A stretch of 64,000 nt of DNA, from NCBI GenBank assembly GCA_951406725.2, contig OX597826.1:49042001-49106000 (forward strand), read 5' to 3'. This document shows, in pieces, positions 12,638 through 25,359 of this stretch (position 1 is its first letter; every line of letters begins with the position of its first letter). Source of the stretch: Octopus vulgaris. Lineage: Eukaryota. The position numbers and the translations under genes were made by a program. The notes below the pieces were generated by a model. That model did no database searches. It saw nothing but the letters and a program-made list of their open reading frames with translations, and was not told where the DNA came from.

Positions 12638-13000
12638 CTTATAGCAACGACAGCGATGCTGACGATGGCACCAACGATAACAATGTCAATAATGATGTAA
12701 ATGATGATGATGATGATGATGGAGTTGGTGGTGCTGGCGTCGGCGGTGTTGGTGGCGTTGATGATGACGCTGGGGGGGGTTATTATTGTTATTGCTGTTT
12801 TCATTATAATGTTATATGTTGTTACTATTGAGGATAATAATAACTGCTATGTCAACAACAACAACAACAACAACAAGAACTATGGATGTGACGACGATGA
12901 CAACAATAATGATGATGATGATGGCGGTGATGATGGTGTCGATAATAATAACGATAAAGATGATGGTGGTGGTGGTGGTGGTGGTGGTGGTGGTGGTGAA
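12055..13000. repeat. Compound trinucleotide array (GAT/GGT/GAC/AAC)
   Basis: Direct reading; open in several frames because the repeat units lack stop codons. Confidence 0.95.
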
Positions 13001-13231
13001 GATGCTACAAAGGTCACAGACAACCAATTATTTTCTATCAGGGTACATGTCAGAATCTTTTGTGCCCAAGTCAAACCATTCTCTTTATCCGAAGATGTAC
13101 CGAAGACACACGGAACTATTTTGGATAAAACCCTTTCATTGTGTCTGCTAGGTTCCAGGCTAATTAAGCTCATCAGTCCGTAGACACACTTAACACAATC
13201 GACATTGCCCCCCCCCCACCCCGCCTCCATC

Positions 13232-13267
<36 letters not shown>

Positions 13268-14429
13268 CTCAGCTCTTCCCTCTCCTCTTTCAAATAACCA
13301 CTTCCTCTTCTTTTCTTTCTCATTCTTGTTATGTTCCTCTGTGTGTGTGTGTGTTGTGCATATATGTGTGTATATGTACATATGTATGTTTGAATGTATG
13401 TATATGTATGTTTGTGTGTGTGTGTGTACATGTATGTAAGTGTTTCTATGTCTTTATTATGTTTGCGTATGTATGTTAGTGCATGCATGTGTGTGTTTGT
13501 GTGCACATGTTTGTACGCATTTGTGTATGTTTGTGTTTGTAAGAATGTGTCCATGCATGTTTGTATATGTCTGTGTATGTTTGTCTCTGAGTGTGTCTGT
13601 GTGTGAGTGTGTGCACGTGCATTTTTGCGTGTTTGTGTGTGCGTGTGTACATTTTTGTGTGTTTGTGTGTGTGTAATATGTTTGCATATATGTATGTTTG
13701 AGAAAATATACATAAATGTGCTTCTCTATGACTTATCCGTGTGTGTGTATGCTAGTGTGCGTTCATGTGTGTGTGTGTGTGTATTCGCATGTGTTTGTGC
13801 AAGCATGTATGTAAATGTGTGTGAATATGTATGTATGTATGTTTGTATGTATGTATGTGTGTGTTTGTGTGTGTGTGTACCTGTAAGTTTTTGTGCATCT
13901 CTAACATATATGTATGTACCAATGTGTTTACTGCTGTGTGTGTGTGTGCATGTGTGTCTGTATGTTTGTATGTTTGTATGTGTGTGTGTGTGTGTGTGTT
14001 TGTGTTCATGCATGTGTGTGTTTATTTCTCTCAAAAAATACAAGTATAGCTGAATGGTCTTGAAGTTTAGAATGGTTCAGAATGCAGGTTCAATTCAAGT
14101 TGATCGCATCTTGAGCAAATGTATTCATCTGTATCTTCAGGTCAACCCAGGCATTGTGAGTAAAATATTGTAGAGTAGAAACTGTATGGAAGCCTCTTAG
14201 ATTGATTGTACCAGTAATTCAAATGGACAGCCTTGTTACAAAATGTGCCATGCTGAATCTCACTCAGAATAATCATGTTCAGGGTACAATTGTCTGTGGT
14301 GTACTCAGCCACTTATATCAAATTGTAAGGAGTAACTGGTTCAATAGATTGAACAACTAGAATACTCAGGATTGAAACCAATGAAAATACAGTTTTTGTA
14401 TTTTTACATGTAGTTATGCTTACATAGTA

Positions 14430-14638
14430 CTGCCTGACTGGCCCTCGTGCCGGTGGCATGTAAAAGCACCCACTACGCTCTTGGAGTGGTTGGTGTTAGG
14501 AAGGGCATCCAGCTGTAGAAACTCTGCCAGATCAAGATTGGAGCCTGGTGCAGCCATCTGGTTCGCCAGTCCTCAGTCAAATCGTCCAACCCATGCTAGC
14601 ATGGAAAGCGGACGTTAAACGATGATGATGATGATGAT
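14430..14638 (+). mobile_element. Retroposon family D
   Basis: Homologous to 7438-7770; ends in (GAT)n. Confidence 0.8.
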
Positions 14639-14741
14639 GTATGTATGTATGCATATATGCATGATTGTGTGTATGCAAGTGTGCATGTATGCTTGTAGGT
14701 GTGTATAGCTATATACACCTACACATATGTGTGTGGGGGGG

Positions 14742-15080
14742 TGAAGGCCGAGGGTTTAGTGGTTAGAATGCCAGGCTCAATCACGAGGTAGTGAGTTTGA
14801 TTCCTGAGCTGAGCTGTGTGTTGTGTTCTTAAGCAAGACACTTTATTCCTTATCTTTCCAATTCACTCAGCTATAGAAATGAGTTATAACGTCATTGGCG
14901 CCAAGCTATATCAATCTTTGCCTTTCCCTTGGATAACATTGGTGGTTTGGAGAGGGGAAGCTGGTATGCATGAGCGACTGCTGGTCTTCCATAAGCAACC
15001 TTGCCTGGACATAAGCAACCTTGCCTTGGAGGAGAACTTTCCCATGGTCATTCATGACCAAAGGGCTCTTTTACCCTATA
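14742..15080 (+). mobile_element. tRNA-derived SINE, family G
   Basis: tagtggttag A-box, gtttgattcc B-box, gttgtgttcttaagcaagacac core and a distinct tail shared with 5085-5500. Confidence 0.75.
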
Positions 15081-15364
15081 AATATATAAGTTTATATTCA
15101 AATCTATATGTATACATCTGTGTGCATGTGATGTCTGTGAGGGCAAGTATGTATGTATGCGTGTAGTTGCATAAAAGTATGATCCTCTCTATGAAGATGC
15201 ATCACCTTATATGTATAACTGTGTGTATATGTCTGTATATATGTGTGTGTGTGTGTGTGACTGCATTTAGGTGTCAGTGAGTGCAAATTTTTTGTGTATA
15301 TGTGTATATGTGGTATATGTGGTATGTATATACTTACAGATGTCTTTCTCAGCTAGGTGTGTGT

Positions 15365-15477
15365 GGGTTCAGTCCCACTGTATGGCACCATGGATAAGTG
15401 TCTTCTACTATAGCCTCGGGCCGACAAAAGCCTTGTGGGTGGATTTGGTAGACAGAAACTGAAAAAAGCCCATCGTA

Positions 15478-15544
<67 letters not shown>

Positions 15545-15725
15545 TTGTGTGTCTGTGTTTGTCCCCCCAACATCACTCGACAACATATGCTGGTGTGCTT
15601 ACGTCCCCGTAATTTAGCGGTTCGGCAAAAGAGACCAATAGAATAAGTCCTGGGGTCGATTTGCTCGACTAAAAGGCGGTGCTCCAGCATGGCCACAACC
15701 AAATGACTGAAACAAGTAGAAGAGT
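15365..15725 (+). mobile_element. SINE family A
   Basis: B-box to 3' tail with internal (TA)/(TG) tract. Confidence 0.85.
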
Positions 15726-16192
15726 ATATGTTCATGCACACAGGCTATATAGCTATATATACATATGTTGCTGTATAAGAATGTATATTTAAGCAAATTT
15801 GTGTGTCTCTGTCTTTGCCCATGCATGTGCTTTTCTATACGCATACAACGGTATGTTTGTATGTGTGCATGTGCATATGGAGTATAAAATTGATGTGGCC
15901 TATATATGTTAATTTATTGTTATCTTAATTATGATGATGATGGGTCCATGGGAGGGTAGAAGCAAATTATTAATTTTGACTCAATATTCTTGAAATTTTT
16001 AATTTATTTTTAAAGAAAATTGTCAATCATAGACATATATATATACATACACACACACACATATATATATATATATAAATATATTTATATGTATATATAT
16101 AAATCTTTAATATTATATATCAATATGTGAATTATAATTATGTGTGTGTGTGTGTTAATGTATATGTGTTTATATTTAGGTGTGTGCGTATG

Positions 16193-16248
<56 letters not shown>

Positions 16249-16742
16249 GTCTCCGAGAAATATTTGAAGTTTAATAAAGTGTTGTTTCCTCAAATAAACT
16301 AATTCACTAATGAATGACACATTGTAAATAATCCAGTGGTAGTGGTGAAAGGGAGGGGAGCAGTGGTACCAGCAATGATTAGGAAGGGGGAGGTCGTGGA
16401 GAGGGGAAGGGGATGTTGATGATAATGAAAAGGAGAAAGGAAAGGGAGAAGGATGAAGAGGAGGAGGAGAACTGTGGGGGGTGATGAGGAGGAGCGTGAG
16501 GTTAAGAGAGGAAGGGTGACATTAAGAGGAGGAGAGTGATGTAAAATAAAGAAGTAGAGAAGAGGGAGAAGTGGAGGAAGTTTGAGGTGATGATGGTCAT
16601 GCTGATGATGAAGCTGATGATGATGATGATGATGTTGATGAGAAAGAAGAAGAGTGTGGTGATGAGGAGATTGGTGAGATGACAAAGAAGAGGGTGAGGT
16701 GACAAAGAGAAGGGTTGAAGAAGAGGATGAAGATGAGGTGGA

Positions 16743-16774
<32 letters not shown>

Positions 16775-16973
16775 CGATGATTATGGTGATGTCAGCAGTA
16801 GTGGTGGGGTATGACTATATTAATACCATTTTTTCCTGTATTTTTAAAACTTAAATGAAAATTTAATTTCTGTATTGAATTGAATGGTTTTTGTGTATTC
16901 TTGAAACTAATAATGTTAATGGCAATGTCCAACACCAATATGAGACCACACAGGGTGCAATGTGTCTGTATGC

Positions 16974-17015
<42 letters not shown>

Positions 17016-17114
17016 ATTTGCAAATAGATCCAGTCCAGAAGTGAAATATGGGCCCTGTTTCAAGCTACTCAAGTGTTTTAGTATTCAAATACATATGAAT
17101 TATACATGGGCTTG

Positions 17115-17156
<42 letters not shown>

Positions 17157-17157
<1 letters not shown>

Positions 17158-17954
17158 GTAACGGTAGAAGTTTATTTTGTAACGGTTGAGATTAATTTGT
17201 AAACAATAATATAGAACGTCGGAGTTGTCACCAGTTTGTAAAGATTGGTTCTTCGTTGATTTCCATTATGTGAAGATGAAAGAACAGTGATTGAAGTTGT
17301 AAAGAAAATATTTATTTTTCCGTATCCAAAACCACGATGGGTTGGTATGTATAACTAGTAAATGGAAAAGCATGCGAGGTAAAAAAGTTAATTTTGGCGA
17401 GTATGTGTCTACACGTTCTCGTATTAATAATCCACAGATAGAGATAGAATGATGTTGTAAGAGAAAAGAAATTGAGCTAGTGAAAGTTATAGAGTCAAGG
17501 GAAGTTGTGTCTCATAGATGGCTGATTATAACTTACTTTCCCCCTCTGACCATTTGTCTTTAGTAGCTGCCTGGTTGTGGCCATGACTGGTTGTGGCCAT
17601 GACTGGTTGTACCTTTGCTAGCTGATGGTCCTTTTCACTAACTCTGGTTCTCACTAACTCCCTTTAGTTTGGGGATTCTTGCTTTTATAACTATCCAGAA
17701 GGAAAGACATATCGTTGAGAACAAGAGATTTCGTTAGAGGTCTGTGATATCTCTATTCAAGCTATTGGTGAAATAGAAGATGTTAGAAAGGGTTAAGTGG
17801 TGAAGACATTATTTTACCTAGCTAAGGCATCTGGCAAATGTAACTACTGTCACAGAAAAAACTATTGTTTTACCGTGAGAAAAGTGCTGTTGAACACTGT
17901 TAGTTTAAATTTGGCTATCTAGGATCTAATCCATGCCATGCCTGCAAGATCCAC

Positions 17955-17958
<4 letters not shown>
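17157..17958 (-). mobile_element. Probable solo LTR in a (TA)n tract
   Basis: Minus strand begins TGTAGTGG and ends CCGTTACA. TATAAAA (17683-17689) lies upstream of AATAAA (17311-17316). Flanked by (TA)n on both sides. Confidence 0.6.
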
Positions 17959-17998
<40 letters not shown>

Positions 17999-18361
17999 TT
18001 AAGATTAACCAGCCAAAATTGCGAGGATGATCCGGTTTTTGACTGAAGATTAAAGGCTTCGAATGACCCGTCCGTGTTTTTTGTATCGTTTTCTGGATGT
18101 TTTGCGTATTTTTGCATGCTTCAAAAGTTGGGATGCAAGCTTCTTGCTATGCATGAATATTGGACACTATACTTTACATTTTGTAATATTCAAGTTGTCA
18201 CTTTAAAAAATTGTGGTTAGACGGATTACCTTCATTTTCCGAAATGGGGACATTCGAAAATAGCAAAATGTAATGCACGAAACGTAAGGTAATGTCAAAA
18301 ATCTCCAAATGTAGACAGTATTTATTCATCAATGCAATGTTGTGCCTATATTCTCAAGGTA

Positions 18362-18455
<94 letters not shown>

Positions 18456-18583
18456 TCTATTTATTTGTGCAGGTGATGATAGCTCTGCATTTAAATTGAT
18501 GTAATAATTACATTGTTCAATTATATGGAGCCAATTGAAACGTTCATACTACACCACTTCTTGATATCTTGTTGCTTATTTTG

Positions 18584-18641
<58 letters not shown>

Positions 18642-18642
18642 C

Positions 18643-18690
18643 AAAAACTGTCCGACCAACGGGAACGTGAAACTCAGAGTAACAGGTTTT
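18643..18690 (+). ncRNA. Hammerhead-like motif (core partly mutated)
   Basis: AAAAACTGT-CCGACCA-ACG(ggaa)CGT-GAAA-CT(cag)AG-T-A-ACAGGTTTT. Confidence 0.5.
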
Positions 18691-18714
18691 GTTGAATTTC
18701 TGCTGCTTTTAAAG

Positions 18715-18827
<113 letters not shown>

Positions 18828-19259
18828 ATTAGTAATTTCCCACGCGGTATGTTTTAATTTAATTTTTTAGTCTGATTACTGTTACGACCATTTCCAAAAA
18901 ATGGTTGTTTCTTTGCATTTACATAATGATAACCATTTCTTTCAACCAGCTTGTATTAAAGACAAAAATTATAGATGACAGCATTCGTTATCCGGGAGAA
19001 TAGTTCCCTATACCAACGTGTCTGTATTCGATGTCACATATGTATGTATGTAATTATTCAGTTTATTTCAAAATTCTTTTGGCCAATAGAGAAAGAGTTA
19101 GTTACTAGATCTAAAGCTCTTTCATTGGAATTTCAACAGCATCAACAGAATATTTTTGTGTGTATGTGTGTATATGTGCAGTATTTGGAGGCAGTGCATA
19201 TGCAGAATTGTATGTTTTGTTTTATGTATGTACTTTCATGCATGTCTAGATATGCGCAT

Positions 19260-19720
19260 GTATACTTAAATGGTAAACTTCTGAAAGTTTATAAATGTTT
19301 AGTTCCAGTGATGGCTTGGAACTGTAATCCTCGAATCAGTTTTTTTCCTTTCTGGTTTCGAGACGCCTAATTTCTCAGGTTTGGTACTTAGGCAGCATTT
19401 TACATACCCCTGTAGTGCCCCAATAATTACAGGTTTGGATAGAGTAACTGTAGATTTCTCAATAGCTCACTGATCTTTTAGCCTTATGTTTACATTCGCT
19501 GAACGGCTGATTTCAATTACTGTACACAAATTCTCTTTCCAGTCCCAAATCACTATGTCAGGCCTATTATGTTAACATTTCATTGGGGTTTTCACTGGGA
19601 CATTTCACCCGTGTTCATTTTTATGAGTAGCTATGGCTTCTATCATAGTGTCAGTTCACATTTCTTTGGCCTTGGGGTTATTCCTCCAACGGATCTCATT
19701 GTGAATGTATGTAAAAGAAC
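19260..19720 (-). pseudogene. Decayed restriction-like endonuclease C-terminus of an R4/Dong-type non-LTR retrotransposon
   Basis: Minus-strand translation gives NVPVKTPMKC*HNRPDIVIWDWKENLCTVIEISRSANVN and, after frameshifts, ELLRNLQLLYP and PVIIGAL, matching RLE motifs (RPD...E...PI/VIIGALG). Confidence 0.8.
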
Positions 19721-20650
19721 TGACTAAAATAACTTGCACAGTTCATTAAAAAATGGTCATTCTTCACCAAAGGTACCCCACTTTTTCTCTCTAACAGTGG
19801 AGGGAGTAGCTTCGATCCTGCCACCCCACCAACTCGACACTCCCGTCTTAAAATCGTAGGCCCATGCCAACTGCTGACCCCCACACCACACCACCCTACC
19901 CTACCCCACCCCCACCACCACCACCTGCCACCCCCTTCTGTTCTAGCCTGTTCGTGTGAATATCATATATGCGTGTGTCTTGAAGTCGTCTATCTGTGTG
20001 GCTGTGCAAATAATGTAACGTGCCTTGTGGTGAAAAGGTAATAATAAAAACAAAGGAAGGAAGGAAAGAAGAAAGAAAAAGAAAGAAAGAAAAAGGAAAA
20101 ATGAAATAAAAAAAGAAAGGCAAAGTAAGTTAGGGTGGGGTGGGGTGGAAGCACGTCATGTTTGAAAGCATTCCAGATTTTTTTTTTTTCTTTCATTTCA
20201 TTTCATAGTTTAAAGAGAAGTCCCTAGCTGGTCAGTAAAATTGTATTGTGTTATTTATCAACCAACCCTCTCTTGAACCGCCGTTGCCCCCCACCCAACC
20301 GCAAGCATCCCCCCCCCCCAAACTCTCGAGAGTATAAACAATGTAATATTTGAAAAGAATTCCTCAGAGTTCTAATTATGTCTTAAACTCCTACAGAATT
20401 ATTTGGTATCGGATCAGATTTAACTCTTTACTAAAGCTTGTTCATTTTTTGCCGAAATACCTTCTTCAAGCACACAGTCATACGTTTTGTGGATTTAAAG
20501 ATTGTTTTTTCCTTATTTTATCTTATCTTATCTTATTTATTTATTTTATGGATTGCGTGTTTAACTTCGCTTCTCTTTTATTTTATTCTTTTATATTTTT
20601 CTTTTAGTCTCTTGTTTCTGTCGTTCAATTGCTTGCAGTCTGCGGCCAAG

Positions 20651-20890
20651 CTAGAACATAGTCTTAACGAGTTTTGTCTAACAAATCTAGCTAGAACATA
20701 GTCTTAACGAGTTTTGTCTAACAAATCTAGCTAGAACATAGTCTTAACGAGTTTTGTCTAACAAATCTAGCTAGAACATAGTCTTAACGAGTTTTGTCTA
20801 ACAAATCTAGCTAGAACATAGTCTTAACGAGTTTTGTCTAACAAATCTAGCTAGAACATAGTCTTAACGAGTTTTGTCTAACAAATCTAC
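20651..20890. repeat. 40 bp minisatellite, 6 copies
   Basis: CTAGAACATAGTCTTAACGAGTTTTGTCTAACAAATCTAG repeated head to tail with no spacers. Confidence 0.97.
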
Positions 20891-21009
20891 CCCAGAACTT
20901 TAAGGCAGTGGTTCTCACCCATTTATACCCATAAATTCCTTTGATTCCCATTTCCCTCGGGTGGACCCTCGGAGCCATTCGACATTTGAAAAATCCCTTT
21001 ACATTTTTA

Positions 21010-21370
21010 GGCGCAGGCGTGGCTGTGTGGTAAGAAGCTTGCTTCCCAACCACATGGTTCTGGGTTCAGTCCCACTGCGTATTACCTTGGGCAAGTGCCT
21101 TCTTCCATAGCCTTAGGTCGACCAAAACTTGTCAGTGGATTTTGGTAGACGGAAACTGAAAGAAGCCCATCGTATAGTCTTTTACTTGTTTCAGTCATTT
21201 TGTCTGCGACTATGCCGGAGCACCGCCTCTAGTCGAACAAGGGACTTATTCCTTGTAAGCCTAGTACATATTCTATAGGTCTCTTTTGCCGAAATGCTAG
21301 GTTACGGAGATGTAAACACACCAACATCGGTTGTCAAGCGATGACGGGGGACAAACATAGACACACAAAT
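21010..21370. mobile_element. SINE A head (+) joined to SINE A tail (-)
   Basis: Head at 21010-21175 and reverse tail at 21180-21370. Confidence 0.8.
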
Positions 21371-21517
21371 ACATACATATATATATTCTTTAACTTAGTT
21401 TGATGATTATTCTATCGGACTCTTTTGCCAAATCGCTAAGTTACGGAAACGTAAGCAAACCAACACCGGTTTCAAGCAGTGATAAAGAACAAACACAACG
21501 ACCTCACACACATACAT

Positions 21518-21726
21518 CATGGTTCACCTATCGCGGTTTATTATTTAAGCTTACGTCGATTCCTCGCTGGTTTTGTTTTGCAATTATAATAAAAGAAATA
21601 TATGCAAATTATAAAAATAATTTTAAAAAACATACAGTACAGTACTGTTTCTACTTCACGGATTTTCATTTATCGCGGGGAAGGGATTTGGAACGAAATA
21701 TCCGTGATAGTCAAGGGATTACTGTA
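21518..21726. mobile_element. pogo/Tigger-like MITE fragment
   Basis: Terminus reads CAGTAATCCCTTGACTATC on the minus strand next to TA. Second copy of the same end at 60916-61005. Confidence 0.65.
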
Positions 21727-21734
21727 TATATCAT

Positions 21735-21801
<67 letters not shown>

Positions 21802-22958
21802 GACGAGATTCTTTCCGTTTCCATCTACGAAATATGTTTACAAGGCTTAGGTCGGCCAGGCTATCGTAGAAGACACTTGCCCAAGGTACCATGCTGTAGG
21901 ACTGAACCTGGAACCATGTGGTTGGGATGCTTACCATATTGAGGACTATATTATTCAAGTTGTCTAACAAAAATTTAACCCTTTTTTCTCCCCTATATTT
22001 CTGCTGATATGCGTCCTATTTATTTCAATTAATTTCGTAATGAAAATATAAATTAACTTTGTCATTAAGCTAGCAGAATAGTTTGAACGTCAGATAAAAA
22101 GCTAAGCAGCAATTCTTCTGACTCTGTACGTTCTGAGCTCAAATTCTGCCACGGTCGACTTCTTTCCTGGGTCGATAAAATAAAGAAGCAGTCAGGTATT
22201 GGAGTCGATGTAATAAATTAACCCCTGTAATAAATTAACTTCCTCCTTTTGCCAAAATTTGAAGTCATTATTAAACTAATGTTTGGAGGAGTGGCTGTGT
22301 GGTAAGTAGCTTGCTTACCAGCCACATGGTTCCGGGTTCAGTCCCACTGCGTTGTTTTGTTCCTGATCGAGGAGACCTATGACGTAAGCCTTTCCAGCCG
22401 TGATCATCCAGTCAGTTTACAAATATGCCGGACACCATTATACATTGTGTCCTTCCTTGTTTAAGATGATATGGTTCAATTTGAGGAAAAAATTTTTGCC
22501 TGCTATTTCTAGCATGTTCCAAAGACCACGTGGATGTTCTTGTTGGCGGATCACGATTAGTAAAACGCTGAAAAGCAGAAAAAGGAATCAGTAGCAACCA
22601 AAAAAAAAAAAAAACAAAAAAACAAGGGCAATAAATAGATAAAATGTATTTAAGATAAGGAGAAGATAGAGGGATATAAAGGGAGAGCTTGTGACCCTTA
22701 ATTTTTATTTATTTATTTATTTGTTTGAGCCCTTTAATCCTAACTGGACCATTTAGCAAGTTAGAGGGAGATGGGGAAGTCAGAAAGAAGACACATACAT
22801 ATACATCCATACACGCATATACACATACACGTATGTAAACACAAACACATATATACACTTACGCATATACAGTAGCATTCACACACATACACACAGAGAC
22901 GCGTACAGATACACACGGATACAGATATAGACGCATGAACACATATACGTATACAAAT

Positions 22959-23044
<86 letters not shown>

Positions 23045-23752
23045 GCATACACACACGTATATACACACACATAAACGCATACATATAATTATGTAGACAC
23101 ATTTAGACACCCACATACACAGACGCATTTACAAAGGTGCATACATACATACACACACATATATACACGCATACACAAACACGTGTATATACTCACATAA
23201 ACGCATACATACAAGTATACAGACACATTTAGCCACACATATACACAGAGACATTCACACACAAACACAGAGGCGCATACGCATACACATATATGCGTAT
23301 ACAGGCACACACGTACAAATATTCTCATAGACACATGCACATATACATGCATATACAGACACATATACACGCATATACAAACACAGGTATATACACGCAT
23401 AAACGCATACAAACACGTATACAAAGGCACTTTTACACACACATCCACATACACACACACACATATACAGACACACGTATACTCGCATACACGCACATAC
23501 ATATATACACACGCACAGTGCCAAGACCTCACGCACACGCACACATGTACTCTTCCTTATTCATCACTCCATTCCCCTTCCCTTTCTAGAGATGAAAAAG
23601 GCGGGAAAGCGAGAAGAAGGGTTCTTGTTTGTTCTGGTAATAGGATCTTCAACGTATCAAAGACAACCAACTTGGAAAGTATGCTTACGTTTTATTTGTT
23701 GCTATTGTTGTCTTTATTGTTGTTCTTGGCAGCGAGTCCTTTTTTGAGAGGG

Positions 23753-23869
<117 letters not shown>

Positions 23870-24023
23870 CAGATAGATAGATAGATATGTATATACCCAC
23901 ATGGATATCTATCTATCTATCTATCTATCTATCTTACTGTTTATATTTTTGTACTGTCGTTAGAGAGAGAGAGAGAGAGAGAGATGTATATACCCACATC
24001 TATCTATCTATCTATCTATCTAT

Positions 24024-24919
24024 CAAGGAGGGCTGGGCATGCCGTGGTTGATGATGCGCAGACACGCGCTGAGACTGCGGCATCTCTGGCTCTATGTAGA
24101 CGACGGTGAACAGGTGTGGTCGCCGTTTGTGAGGCACGCTTTCCCGCAGCTCGTCTCCATGACCGAACTGCAGTCGTGGATCAAAAAGAGGCCGAGGAAG
24201 GGCGAATGGCACCGCGAGTGTCGCGTTGCTCTCAAGCAACTCTGCCGTCCTGGGTCGACCTTAAGTGACTTCAACACAACCAAAGCATTCTATAGGGGTT
24301 TAGTGGAGGGGAGGTACGACGACGAACTCGGGGCGAACCTGGACGTCGACGAGGAGTACCTGACCCGCCTGTTCAGGACGACCTTCGGGCCAGGGCCCAT
24401 GGACAACTTCCAGAGATCCCTGGCCTGGCAGTGCTACCGAGAAGCGCTACCCGTTCGGGATAAGCTCTACAGACACGGCTCGAGAAACACGGGGCCGACC
24501 TGCCCGAGATGCGGTCAGAGCGACGAAACCGTTCTGCACGCACTCGTTCAGTGTCCAACAATTTCCGACCTGTGGGCTTATGTCGAACAACTGCTGTCAC
24601 GTGTGGGACGAGTCGGTTTATCAGCTGAGTCTATCGTCAATATTGTCACGCCTCCTTCCTTCAAACGGGAAGGAAGAGCTATTTTCATCATCCTTGTGGC
24701 TATGGCGAAAGAATGTATCTGGTGGACGCGTCTGAAAGGATTGGAGACAAACACTTTCCTCTCTGGTCAATCTCTCATCAACTTCTTCAAGTACCACTTG
24801 AAAAGGAAAGTGAGAGTAGAGAGGCAAGTTTTGTCTAGCGAATGTTTTAAAAAAGATGGGTGAATGTAGCAAGAATGGCACGTATGAATGACGAAGCCAC
24901 CTTGAGCATAGTCCTATGA
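24024..24919 (+). pseudogene. ORF2 C-terminus (post-RT region with zf-RVT-type CCHC zinc finger)
   Basis: GGLGMP motif, then W...EALPV and CPRCGQSDETVLHALVQC...LW. A one-base shift in the A-run near 24850 restores F-K-K-R-W...VL* ending at 24919. Confidence 0.85.
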
Positions 24920-25308
24920 ACCCAGAAATCGAAAACAGAGAGTTGCTTATTTGCAAAAAAAAAAAAAAAAAAAAGAAATATAAAATGTGACTTCATTGAC
25001 CGAGGTTACCGTGGTCTTTTCTGTAGGCTTTTCTTTCCACGGGTAAACCTCACCTGTCCTCCCCTTTACACTTCATATTGACATTTCTGTGATAACGATC
25101 CCTATTGATCAATTTTTTTTTCCTCTCCCCCTTTTTTTTTAACCCCCTTTTTTTTTGTCCTCTTTCTCTCCTTTTACGATCCCTTTTGATCGAAACTCCC
25201 CCTTCCTTTTTTTTTTTTTTTTTTTTTCTTTCTTAAACCTTCAAAAGAAAAGCTCTACCTTGTAATTTGTTCTATCTGTGTGCAGCCCTGTGTGGCTAAT
25301 AAAGAAAC
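24024..25308 (+). mobile_element. 5'-truncated Tx1/L1-clade LINE inserted in (TCTA)n
   Basis: GC-rich coding remnant plus T/C-rich 3' UTR ending AATAAA (25298-25303); (CTAT)n on both flanks. Confidence 0.88.
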
Positions 25309-25309
25309 A

Positions 25310-25359
<50 letters not shown>

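Noticed and set aside
12004-13183. Long poly-D/M/I/G ORFs
   Set aside because: Translations of trinucleotide arrays, open in several frames and on both strands.
20651-20890. CRISPR-like regular repeats
   Set aside because: Units are contiguous with no unique spacers, there are no cas genes, the context is eukaryotic, and the unit derives from a SINE tail.
20906-21000. hAT-like terminus CAGTGGTTCTCA
   Set aside because: Only one end is visible and there is no target duplication; too weak to call.
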